Shown piece after piece: positions 56,962-64,000 of a DNA stretch of 64,000 nucleotides. Each line of letters opens with the position of its first letter. Positions within the stretch are counted from its first letter, which is position 1. Below the pieces are notes generated by a model that was not told where the DNA came from, made no database searches, and saw only the letters and a program-made list of their open reading frames with translations. The translations under genes were made by a program, and so were the position numbers. The stretch is from Candidatus Poribacteria bacterium. GTDB lineage: Bacteria > Poribacteria > WGA-4E > GCA-2687025. The stretch is taken from NCBI GenBank assembly GCA_016866785.1, contig VGLH01000003.1, positions 4,795 through 68,794 on the forward strand. Reading direction: 5' to 3'.

Positions 56962-57441
56962 CTAAACGCGTCGTACGCGGAACAGCGGCTGACCGTATTC
57001 GACCGGGGTCGCGTTCGCCACCAGCACCTCGATGATCTCGCACTCGAACTCCGCCTCGATCTGGTTCAGGAGCTTCATCGCCTCGATGATGCAGAGCGTC
57101 TTGCCAATCGTCACGCGGTCTCCGACGGCGACGAACGGCGGCTCGCTCGGCGACGGCGCGATGTAGAACGTACCGATCATCGGCGCTTCGACGACATCGA
57201 AGTTGCCGCCGCCGATCTCCGTCGGTGTGCGTTCCACCACCGGAACCGCAGGAGCCGCCATCGGCTGAACCGGCGCCGGGGCAGCGACAGCGCCCTGCAG
57301 CCGGAGCAAGAGTCGGCGCGACTCCTTCCCCTCCTCGACGGCGAGCTCTGAGAGCCCGCACTCGCGCATCAGGTCGGCGAGCTCGCGGATCTCAGCCGCG
57401 AGCTGTTGCCGTCGCTGTCTGTCGTCGGCGGCTCGTACCAC
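56962..57441 (-). CDS. accB: Acetyl-CoA carboxylase biotin carboxyl carrier protein
   Basis: Biotinyl-lysine motif EAMKL in a C-terminal lipoyl-like domain. Ala/Pro linker. Confidence 0.85.
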   Translation of the reverse strand: MVRAADDRQRRQQLAAEIRELADLMRECGLSELAVEEGKESRRLLLRLQGAVAAPAPVQPMAAPAVPVVERTPTEIGGGNFDVVEAPMIGTFYIAPSPSEPPFVAVGDRVTIGKTLCIIEAMKLLNQIEAEFECEIIEVLVANATPVEYGQPLFRVRRV

Positions 57442-57444
57442 GGG

Positions 57445-58002
57445 TCACGCCCTTCCCAGGTACTCTCCCGTCCGGGTGTCGACCTTCACCTGAGCGCCCT
57501 GGTCGACGAACAGAGGTACCTGAATCGTGATGCCAGTCTCCAGCTTCGCTGGCTTCGTGCCTCCGCTCACGGTATCGCCACGGAACCCCGGTTCCGTCTC
57601 TACGATGGTCAGCACGACGGCTGCCGGGAGTTCGACGGTCACCGCCGTCTCGCCGTCGAACTGGACTTTCACCTGCATGTTGTCCGCGAGGAACTGCGCG
57701 GCGTCGCCGAGGAGCTCCCGCTGCATCGGCATCTGCTCGAACGACTGGTTGTCCATGAAGTAGTAGAGGTCTTGCTCGGCGTACAGGTACTGCATCTCGC
57801 GCGTCTCGAGCCGCACGAGCTCGATGTCGGCGCCGGACCGGAACGTGTTCTCGAACACCGCGCCGTCAGACAAGCGGCGTAGCTTCGTTCGCATGAACGC
57901 GCCGCCCTTGCCGGGCTTGTGGTGTTGGAACCACTCGACGCGATGCAGGTCCCCGTTGAATCGAATCACAACCCCATTGCGAATATCCGCCGTCGATGCC
58001 AT
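57445..58002 (-). CDS. efp: Elongation factor P
   Basis: KPGKGGAF loop with the conserved Lys. Full-length EF-P pattern. Confidence 0.95.
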   Translation of the reverse strand: MASTADIRNGVVIRFNGDLHRVEWFQHHKPGKGGAFMRTKLRRLSDGAVFENTFRSGADIELVRLETREMQYLYAEQDLYYFMDNQSFEQMPMQRELLGDAAQFLADNMQVKVQFDGETAVTVELPAAVVLTIVETEPGFRGDTVSGGTKPAKLETGITIQVPLFVDQGAQVKVDTRTGEYLGRA

Positions 58003-58057
58003 GTCGGTCCTTCGCTAGTCGATCAGAAGCGCCGTATCCTGAAACTCGGAGTCCCAG

Positions 58058-58504
58058 TCACTGACCGCGCCGCGCCAAAGCGGCTGCCATTGCGTCGAGC
58101 GCGAGCCGGTAGCTGTCCGCGCCGAAGCCGGCGATGGTTCCCAGCGCGATCGGAGCGACGAACGAATGATGGCGGAAAGACTCTCGCGCGGCAATGTTGG
58201 ATAGATGCACCTCGATCACGGGAACGCCGAGCATCGAGAGCGCATCGCGCACGGCGACGCTCGTGTGGGTCAACGCCGCCGGGTTGATGAGAACGCCGTC
58301 CACCGACCCGAGGTGCTCGCCGATGATATCGACCAGCGCGCCTTCGTGGTTCGACTGGAACGTCGTCAATCGGATGCCCAAGCCAGTCGCTTGCGCGTCC
58401 AGAGCCCGGTCGATGTCCGCCAGCGTCGTCGTTCCGTAGATGGCGGGTTCGCGCTTGCCCAGCAGGTGCAGATTGGGTCCGTGCAGGACCAAGACGTGCT
58501 TCAT
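58058..58504 (-). CDS. aroQ: 3-dehydroquinate dehydratase, type II
   Basis: [20 protein letters not shown] and [15 protein letters not shown] signature blocks. Confidence 0.9.
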   Translation of the reverse strand: MKHVLVLHGPNLHLLGKREPAIYGTTTLADIDRALDAQATGLGIRLTTFQSNHEGALVDIIGEHLGSVDGVLINPAALTHTSVAVRDALSMLGVPVIEVHLSNIAARESFRHHSFVAPIALGTIAGFGADSYRLALDAMAAALARRGQ

Positions 58505-58527
58505 TGCTCCGTCGGTTGCCGATTCGC

Positions 58528-60156
58528 TCATCTCAGCGCTGCCTCGATGGAACGCACGATCTCGTCCTCGGCGAAGTCATCCCGAATCACCACGTTGCCG
58601 ATGCGGGTCGGCAAAATGAACCGGATCCGCCCGCCGTCCACCTTCTTATCATGCCACATCGCCCCCGCCACGTCGCGAGGATCGATATGCGCCGGCAGAG
58701 CGGTCGGTAGCCCCGCCGAGGTCAGGATCGCCCGTTGTCGGTCGCAGAACGACCCATCGACGAGTCCGCGCGCGCGGCTCAGCTCCGCCGCGCAGAGCTC
58801 GCCCAACGCGACCGCTTCTCCGTGGAGGAAGTCGCGGTACCCAGTGACCGCCTCGATGGCGTGTCCAAACGTGTGACCGTAGTTCAGCGTCGCGCGGACG
58901 CCGGATTCGTCCTCGTCCTCTTCGACGATCCGCGCCTTGATCGCGCACGATGCCGCGACGATCTCCGTCAGCAGGCGCTCGTCACGCGCCAAGACCTCCG
59001 GCATGCGCCGTTCCAGCGTCTCGAACAGGCTCGGAGAAGCGATCACGGCGTATCGGAGCACTTCCGCGATTCCGGCGCGGAACTCGCGGTCGGGCAGCGT
59101 CGCCAGCGCCGCGATGTCCGCGAGAACCAGACGCGGCTGGTAGAACGCGCCGATCAGGTTCTTCCCCTTGGGATGATCGACCGCCACCTTGCCGCCGACG
59201 CTCGCATCGACCTGGGCGATCAGACTCGTCGGAACCTGAACGAACGGCACGCCCCGCATGTACGTCGCCGCGACGAAACCCGCGATGTCGCCCACGGTTC
59301 CCCCGCCCACGGCGACAATGGGTGACTGCCGCTCCATGCGGCGCTCCGCGCACAGGTCGTACAGGCGGCTCGCCGTGGACAGGTTCTTGTGCTCCTCGCC
59401 GTCGGGAATCGACGCGAGCCACGCGGCGAATCCCGCGTCTTCGAGGTGTCGGACTATCCGAGCGCCATAACGATCCGCGAGCCGCTCACTCGTGACGACC
59501 GCGACTCTCGATCCGCGCCGCGCGAACGATAGCCGCGACGCCAACTCAGCCAGAACGCCTCTGCCGATCACGATGGGGTACGAGCGCGATCCGAGCCGGA
59601 CGACGATCTCCGTGGGCGGCTGCGCGGTTGCCCGCGAGTCGGTCGCGCTGGCGACTTCGGCAGCTAGGGCTTCAATCGACTTGCCGTCCGTATCGACGAT
59701 GGCATCTGCCTGGGCGTAGTACGGTTCCCGCGCCTGAAGCAGCTCGCGGATGCGCGCCGTGGGGTCCGCCACCTGCAGGAGCGGACGATGCGTCTCGCCG
59801 CGCACGCGGTCGTGGATCGACTCCGGCGTGGCGCGCAGATAGACCACCGTCCCGGACTCCCGCAGCGCCCGCAGATTCTCCAACCGGAGGATCGCTCCGC
59901 CGCCCGTCGAGATGACCACGCCGCGCCTCGCCGCAGCCTCGCGTACCGCCTCGCTCTCCAGGTCGCGGAATGCCGTCTCGCCGCGCTGCGCGAAGAGCTC
60001 CGGGATCGTCGCCCCGGAGGAGCGCTCGATGATCTCGTCCGTGTCGATCAACTCGCGTCCCAACCGTCGAGCGAGCTCCGCCCCGACGGAGCTCTTGCCG
60101 GAGCCCATGAAGCCGACCAGCACGATGTTGCGAGAGTCAGACCGAGTCTCAGACAC
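58528..60156 (-). CDS. aroKB: Bifunctional shikimate kinase / 3-dehydroquinate synthase (AroK-AroB fusion)
   Basis: N-terminal P-loop GFMGSGKSS plus LIDTD (AroK). C-terminal [29 protein letters not shown] and HTFGHA (AroB). GTG start 60156 overlaps the aroC 3' end. Confidence 0.9.
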   Translation of the reverse strand: MSETRSDSRNIVLVGFMGSGKSSVGAELARRLGRELIDTDEIIERSSGATIPELFAQRGETAFRDLESEAVREAAARRGVVISTGGGAILRLENLRALRESGTVVYLRATPESIHDRVRGETHRPLLQVADPTARIRELLQAREPYYAQADAIVDTDGKSIEALAAEVASATDSRATAQPPTEIVVRLGSRSYPIVIGRGVLAELASRLSFARRGSRVAVVTSERLADRYGARIVRHLEDAGFAAWLASIPDGEEHKNLSTASRLYDLCAERRMERQSPIVAVGGGTVGDIAGFVAATYMRGVPFVQVPTSLIAQVDASVGGKVAVDHPKGKNLIGAFYQPRLVLADIAALATLPDREFRAGIAEVLRYAVIASPSLFETLERRMPEVLARDERLLTEIVAASCAIKARIVEEDEDESGVRATLNYGHTFGHAIEAVTGYRDFLHGEAVALGELCAAELSRARGLVDGSFCDRQRAILTSAGLPTALPAHIDPRDVAGAMWHDKKVDGGRIRFILPTRIGNVVIRDDFAEDEIVRSIEAALR

Positions 60157-61309
60157 GACGCACGGACTCCAAGTAGCCTTCCACGTTCCGGCGCACTTCG
60201 GACAGGCTGTCGCCGCCGAACTTCTCCAGCCACGCTTCCGCCAGCACGACCGCCAGCATCGCCTCGCCGACGATGCCACCCGCCGGAACCGCACAGCTAT
60301 CGGTGCGTTCTTTCTGCGCCTCGAAGGGCTCCTTCGTGTGGACGTCTACAGACCGCAGCGGTCTTCCGAGCGTGGATATCGGCTTCATCGCGACGTTCAC
60401 GACCAGGGGCATCCCGTTCGTGATGCCGCCCTCCAGCCCTCCGGCGCGGTTCGTCTCGCGGTAGAACCGGCATTCGTCCGCGTCGTAGAAGATCTCGTCG
60501 TGCGCCTCGGAACCGGGAATGCCGGCGGCGTCGAACCCCAAGCCGATGGAGACGCCCTTCATCGCCTGGATGCTCATCATGGCTCCGGCGATCCGCGCGT
60601 CGAGGCGCGTGTCCCAGGCGATGTGGCTCCCCAGTCCGATGGGCAGCCCGCGCGCGATGACCGTGAAAACGCCGCCTACGGTGTCGCCTCGTCGCTGTGC
60701 GGCGTCGATGTGCTCGATCATCCGGGCTTCGGCATCGGCGTCGGGACATCGCAGAGGCGACTCGTCGAACGCTGCGTTGCCGTCGAGGGCGTTCACGTCA
60801 ACGTCGGCGCGGATGGGCCCGATCTGCGTCACGACGGAGAAGATGGAAACGCCAAACTCCGCCAGCAGCCGCTTGGCGACCGCTCCGACCGCGACGCGGA
60901 CGGTCGTTTCCCGCGCGCTCGCCCGTTCGAGCACGTTCCGCAGGTCATCGTGCCCATACTTGATGCCGCCCGGCAGGTCCGCGTGACCCGGACGCGGACG
61001 TGTCAGGGTCCGTCGATCCGTCTGCGCGTCCGCGTCGGGCGACATGACCGATTCCCAGTTCTCCCAGTCCCGGTTCGGCACGTAGAGCGCGACCGGACTG
61101 CCCAGCGTCCGGGCTGCCCGCACGCCCGACGTGATCTGCACGGCGTCTTTCTCGATCTTCATCCGACCGCCGCGCCCGTATCCGAGCTGGCGGCGCGCCA
61201 GATCGACGTCGATGTCGGCAGCCGCCAGCGGGAGCCCCGCCGGAACGCCCATCACGATGGCGGTCAATCCCTTGCCGTGCGATTCGCCAGCGGTCATCCA
61301 TCGGAACAT
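60149..61309 (-). CDS. aroC: Chorismate synthase
   Basis: MFRWMTAGESHGKGL, GYGRGGRMKIE, RPGHADL signature blocks. Confidence 0.95.
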   Translation of the reverse strand: MFRWMTAGESHGKGLTAIVMGVPAGLPLAAADIDVDLARRQLGYGRGGRMKIEKDAVQITSGVRAARTLGSPVALYVPNRDWENWESVMSPDADAQTDRRTLTRPRPGHADLPGGIKYGHDDLRNVLERASARETTVRVAVGAVAKRLLAEFGVSIFSVVTQIGPIRADVDVNALDGNAAFDESPLRCPDADAEARMIEHIDAAQRRGDTVGGVFTVIARGLPIGLGSHIAWDTRLDARIAGAMMSIQAMKGVSIGLGFDAAGIPGSEAHDEIFYDADECRFYRETNRAGGLEGGITNGMPLVVNVAMKPISTLGRPLRSVDVHTKEPFEAQKERTDSCAVPAGGIVGEAMLAVVLAEAWLEKFGGDSLSEVRRNVEGYLESVRRV

Positions 61310-61333
61310 GCGAGCGAAAACCCCTTCGATGCG

Positions 61334-62809
61334 CTATGGCGCGTCCGTTGCCACGCGCCGGATCCATGCATGTACGTCGCTGTCTCCGGTCCCGGATTCC
61401 ATCCACGCCGCAAGCAGCACGCCACGACGGGCGTGGAGTCGAAGCCACGAGCTCTGATCGGCTCCCACGCGGACCTCGATTCCCTCGCCCGGTTCCAAAC
61501 GCGAGCCGGACAGGTCGAGCCGCTGGAGGTAAATGTCCTGCTGTGTCTCATCGTCCGTTTCGCGCCGGAAGTCGTGCCAGGCAACGACGACGGTTCCGCG
61601 GTCGATCACGATGCGCGGATCGCGCTGCCGTCCCTCGGCGGTGCAGACATGCTTGCCGTCGGCTTCCCATGCCATCGACCCATCGTGCAGCACGTGCTGA
61701 CCATAGATGTCGTCGAAGACGTCTCGGGTATCGACCCACGAGACAACGGCTCCGCCCTTGCCGTCGCTCGCACCGACCGCGTTCTGCTGATTCCCCGGCG
61801 CGGTCGAGATGGGCATCCCGAGGTGCCCCCACTGCCGCGACCCATCTGGAGCCACATGCTGCCCGTACAGGTCTATGTTCGAGTAGGTTCCGTCGTCGTC
61901 CCGGTAGTCGGTCCAGAACACCAGCGCTCCCCCGCCCCCATCGCCAACGACGAACGGACCCGCCTGGCTCCCGGCGGATAGGCTGATCCGGGTTCCCTCC
62001 GGTCCCCAGAGCCGCTCGCCCGACGGCGACATGCGCTGAGCCATCGCGTGCCATTCGGGCGACGACACGTCCCACCATGTGACGACGCATCCGCCGGTTC
62101 CATCGAGGTCGATCATGGGGTCGTACTGGTGCGCCGGAGCCGTGCACACTGGCGACCCGTTGGGAGCCCACAGCGGTTTGCCCGTCGACGCGACGCGCTG
62201 TCCGTAGATATCCTGATCGCCGCTCCGCCAGTCTTCCCATGCGGCGATGAAGCCACCCTCGCCGTCGGCGATGATCGTCAGATCGTCCTTGCCGGTGGCG
62301 TGCACAGCGATGGGAACACCGGTGGGCTCCCAGAGGGGCTCGCCATTGGCGCTGAACCGTTGCGCGTAAATGTCCTGGGAACCGTTACGGCTGTCGCCCC
62401 ACGCGACGAAGAAGCCTCCGCCGTTTGGGTCGTCCGCTACGTCGGGCCATCCCTGGGAACCATCCAGCGCGCACAAAGGCTTGCCGTTCGGCTGCCAGAG
62501 CGGCGCCCCGGAGGCATCGAACCGCTGACCGTAGATGTCTCGGTCGCCCGCGCGGAAGTCGTGCCAGACGATGAAGCTCTCGCCGTTCGCCTTGAGGACG
62601 GCGACCGGGAACTCTTGTCCGTCAGCCGCTGCGCTCACGACGACATGCACGCCCTTCCCGTCGATATCGCCGCCACGCGGCTCGGCAGTAGCCGCACCCG
62701 CAATCCACCACAGAATGGCGGCGCAACAGGCGGCGACTCGCTGGACAGCGTGGTCTGGCAAGGGCGACAGTACCTCAACAGCAGGGGTGGACCGGTTCCA
62801 GTCTACCAC
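61334..62809 (-). CDS. Secreted repeat protein with seven copies of an approximately 50-aa DIYGQR-type repeat (probable 7-bladed beta-propeller)
   Basis: GTG start. Hydrophobic N-terminus VAACCAAILWWIAGAATA. Repeats DIYGQRF..G.PLW.PNG.P.C, DIYAQRF, DIYGQRV, DLYGQHV, DIYGQHV, DIYLQRL. Confidence 0.55.
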   Translation of the reverse strand: MVDWNRSTPAVEVLSPLPDHAVQRVAACCAAILWWIAGAATAEPRGGDIDGKGVHVVVSAAADGQEFPVAVLKANGESFIVWHDFRAGDRDIYGQRFDASGAPLWQPNGKPLCALDGSQGWPDVADDPNGGGFFVAWGDSRNGSQDIYAQRFSANGEPLWEPTGVPIAVHATGKDDLTIIADGEGGFIAAWEDWRSGDQDIYGQRVASTGKPLWAPNGSPVCTAPAHQYDPMIDLDGTGGCVVTWWDVSSPEWHAMAQRMSPSGERLWGPEGTRISLSAGSQAGPFVVGDGGGGALVFWTDYRDDDGTYSNIDLYGQHVAPDGSRQWGHLGMPISTAPGNQQNAVGASDGKGGAVVSWVDTRDVFDDIYGQHVLHDGSMAWEADGKHVCTAEGRQRDPRIVIDRGTVVVAWHDFRRETDDETQQDIYLQRLDLSGSRLEPGEGIEVRVGADQSSWLRLHARRGVLLAAWMESGTGDSDVHAWIRRVATDAP

Positions 62810-62952
62810 GCCGGGACGCCAGGCAACAAACGCGCGGGTCGCCGGATCAGGGCTGTTTCATGAGCACACCTCGCCTCGCGCTTCTGCACCCCAGGCAACC
62901 GGCTGATGCCCGCGCGCTGCGGCATCCGTCGACGCGCTGACCCTCTATCGCC

Positions 62953-62996
62953 GTCATTCCCGCGAGCCCCGCCTTCGCGGGGCTCGCGGGAATGAC
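62953..62996. terminator. Perfect 20-bp GC-rich stem / 4-nt loop hairpin in the intergenic region downstream of the flotillin gene
   Basis: GTCATTCCCGCGAGCCCCGC-CTTC-GCGGGGCTCGCGGGAATGAC. No U-tract follows on the minus-strand transcript, so it is a rho-independent terminator variant or a REP-like element. Confidence 0.45.
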
Positions 62997-63071
62997 AGGT
63001 AGTGTTGGACCTGCGCAGCAGGCGGCGAGACTCGTTCATGAAACTGCCCTGGTCGCCGGATCCGCTTCACA

Positions 63072-64000
63072 TCAGGTCGCGTCGGCGTCCCGTCGCGTCG
63101 CGCTCGCGATGGAGCCGAACGCCTCCTGCAGCAGGCGGGCCCGCTCCTCCTCGATGGGGTGCGGGTGGATGCCGGATATCGGCGCGCGGGAACCGCCCAT
63201 GCCGGTCAGCACCGTCGCGTGCTCGACCGGGAATAGGTCCATCGTCTGCGCCAGCGGCTTAATGAACCGCTCGAAGTTGTCGATGACGAACGCATCGAGC
63301 GCCGAGTCGCCGCCCTCGGCGAGGATGTCGATGGTGCGTCGGAGTTGGTCGATCTCCGCCTGCGCTCGCCCTCGAATGGTCGCCGCTTCCGCGCGGGCAG
63401 ACAGGACGAGCCGCTCCCGCTCAGCGAGCGCCGGCGTGATGACGTCCGCCTCGTACCGCGCCGTCAGCATCTCGATGCGTTGCTTCTCGGCTTCGATCTG
63501 CGCCCGAACGCCCGCGACCTGCGCTTCGGCGTCTCGGACTGCCTTCTGCACACCGATGGCTGCCCGCTGGTTCTCGGACGCGATGCGGACGCGCGTCTCC
63601 GCCTGCAGGCTCTCGCGCTCGTTCTCGGCTTGGCGGACGATCACCTCGGCGCGGCGCGCCTCCGACTGCTCCTTGGCGGTCGCTCGCGCGAGCGCCTGCG
63701 CCTCGCGGGACTGCGTGTCGGCGTTGGCGGACTGCACGCGCTTGAGCAGAGCGATGTAGAGTTCCGGTTCCGCCACTCCTTCGAGCCGATGGTCGTCCAC
63801 GTCCGCGATATTCATCGACGTGATCTCGAGACCGATGCCGTCGAGGTCGGACTTGCAGACGCGGATCATGTTCTGGACGAGGATGTCCTTGTCCGTCATC
63901 ACCTGTTCGGGCGTCATCGTCGCGATGGAGTCGCGCAGATGCCCCTCGATGATCGACGTCGCGACGTGCGTCAGCTCTTCCCAGTCCTGAATCATCGTCA
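63072..64000 (-). CDS. Flotillin/SPFH (band-7) family protein, partial (N-terminus beyond window end)
   Basis: SPFH-domain C-terminal part followed by a flotillin-type Ala/Glu/Gln-rich coiled-coil (EAEAQVAGVRAQIEAEKQRIE) and C-terminal tail. Confidence 0.75.
   Translation of the reverse strand, partial: TMIQDWEELTHVATSIIEGHLRDSIATMTPEQVMTDKDILVQNMIRVCKSDLDGIGLEITSMNIADVDDHRLEGVAEPELYIALLKRVQSANADTQSREAQALARATAKEQSEARRAEVIVRQAENERESLQAETRVRIASENQRAAIGVQKAVRDAEAQVAGVRAQIEAEKQRIEMLTARYEADVITPALAERERLVLSARAEAATIRGRAQAEIDQLRRTIDILAEGGDSALDAFVIDNFERFIKPLAQTMDLFPVEHATVLTGMGGSRAPISGIHPHPIEEERARLLQEAFGSIASATRRDADAT

Noticed and set aside
1-64000. Search for tRNA/rRNA genes, CRISPR arrays, transposases, integrases and phage genes
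   Set aside because: No GGTTCGAATCC-type T-arm signatures in intergenic DNA and no repeat-spacer arrays. Every ORF has a housekeeping or accessory-metabolism assignment, so the window does not look like a mobile or defence island

Overview
This 64 kb window is a high-GC (about 70%), gene-dense stretch of bacterial chromosome with about 53 protein-coding genes. I found no rRNA, tRNA, CRISPR array, transposase or integrase. Many adjacent genes overlap start on stop (ATGA or TGATG), which points to tightly coupled operons. Many ORFs in the supplied track are arginine-rich off-frame artefacts of the high GC and were discarded.

Gene content, 5' to 3':
- an MsbA-like ABC exporter and a SAM methyltransferase
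- a putative glycan and amino-sugar utilisation cluster: BNR/Asp-box sialidase-like, GDSL/SGNH hydrolase, a secreted HExxH metalloprotease with dockerin repeats and a Por-secretion/FlgD-Ig-like C-terminal domain, an FGE/SUMF1-domain lipoprotein, nitroreductase, Zn-dependent alcohol dehydrogenase, a ConA-like secreted protein, NagA, a sugar kinase and two Gfo/Idh/MocA oxidoreductases
- an ECF sigma / zinc-finger anti-sigma operon with a secreted Gly/Met-rich protein
- a PotA/PotB-type ABC importer with no binding protein in the window
- hslVU
- an FAH / AhpD-like / cupin operon
- a 1,938-aa protein made of two complete UvrA units fused in tandem, directly upstream of polA and a CRTAC1/ASPIC protein
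- ackA plus an APH-like kinase, ftsEX, tonB, ksgA and an AmiC-type amidase with a TPR N-terminus
- a large outer-membrane protein combining a DUF4097-like region, a POTRA domain and an Omp85 barrel
- the classic aroC / aroK-aroB / aroQ / efp / accB / accC operon
- a 7-repeat propeller-like protein and a partial flotillin gene at the end.

The most unusual element is the tandem-fused double UvrA. Other points worth a second look are the HslV N-terminal propeptide-like extension, the BamA/TamA-like fusion protein, a 15-nt direct repeat duplicating the ribosome-binding site and ATG at 47749-47782, and two perfect GC-rich hairpins. The T9SS-type C-terminal domain, dockerin repeats and GC content suggest an FCB-related or Gemmatimonadota-like lineage, but that is inference.
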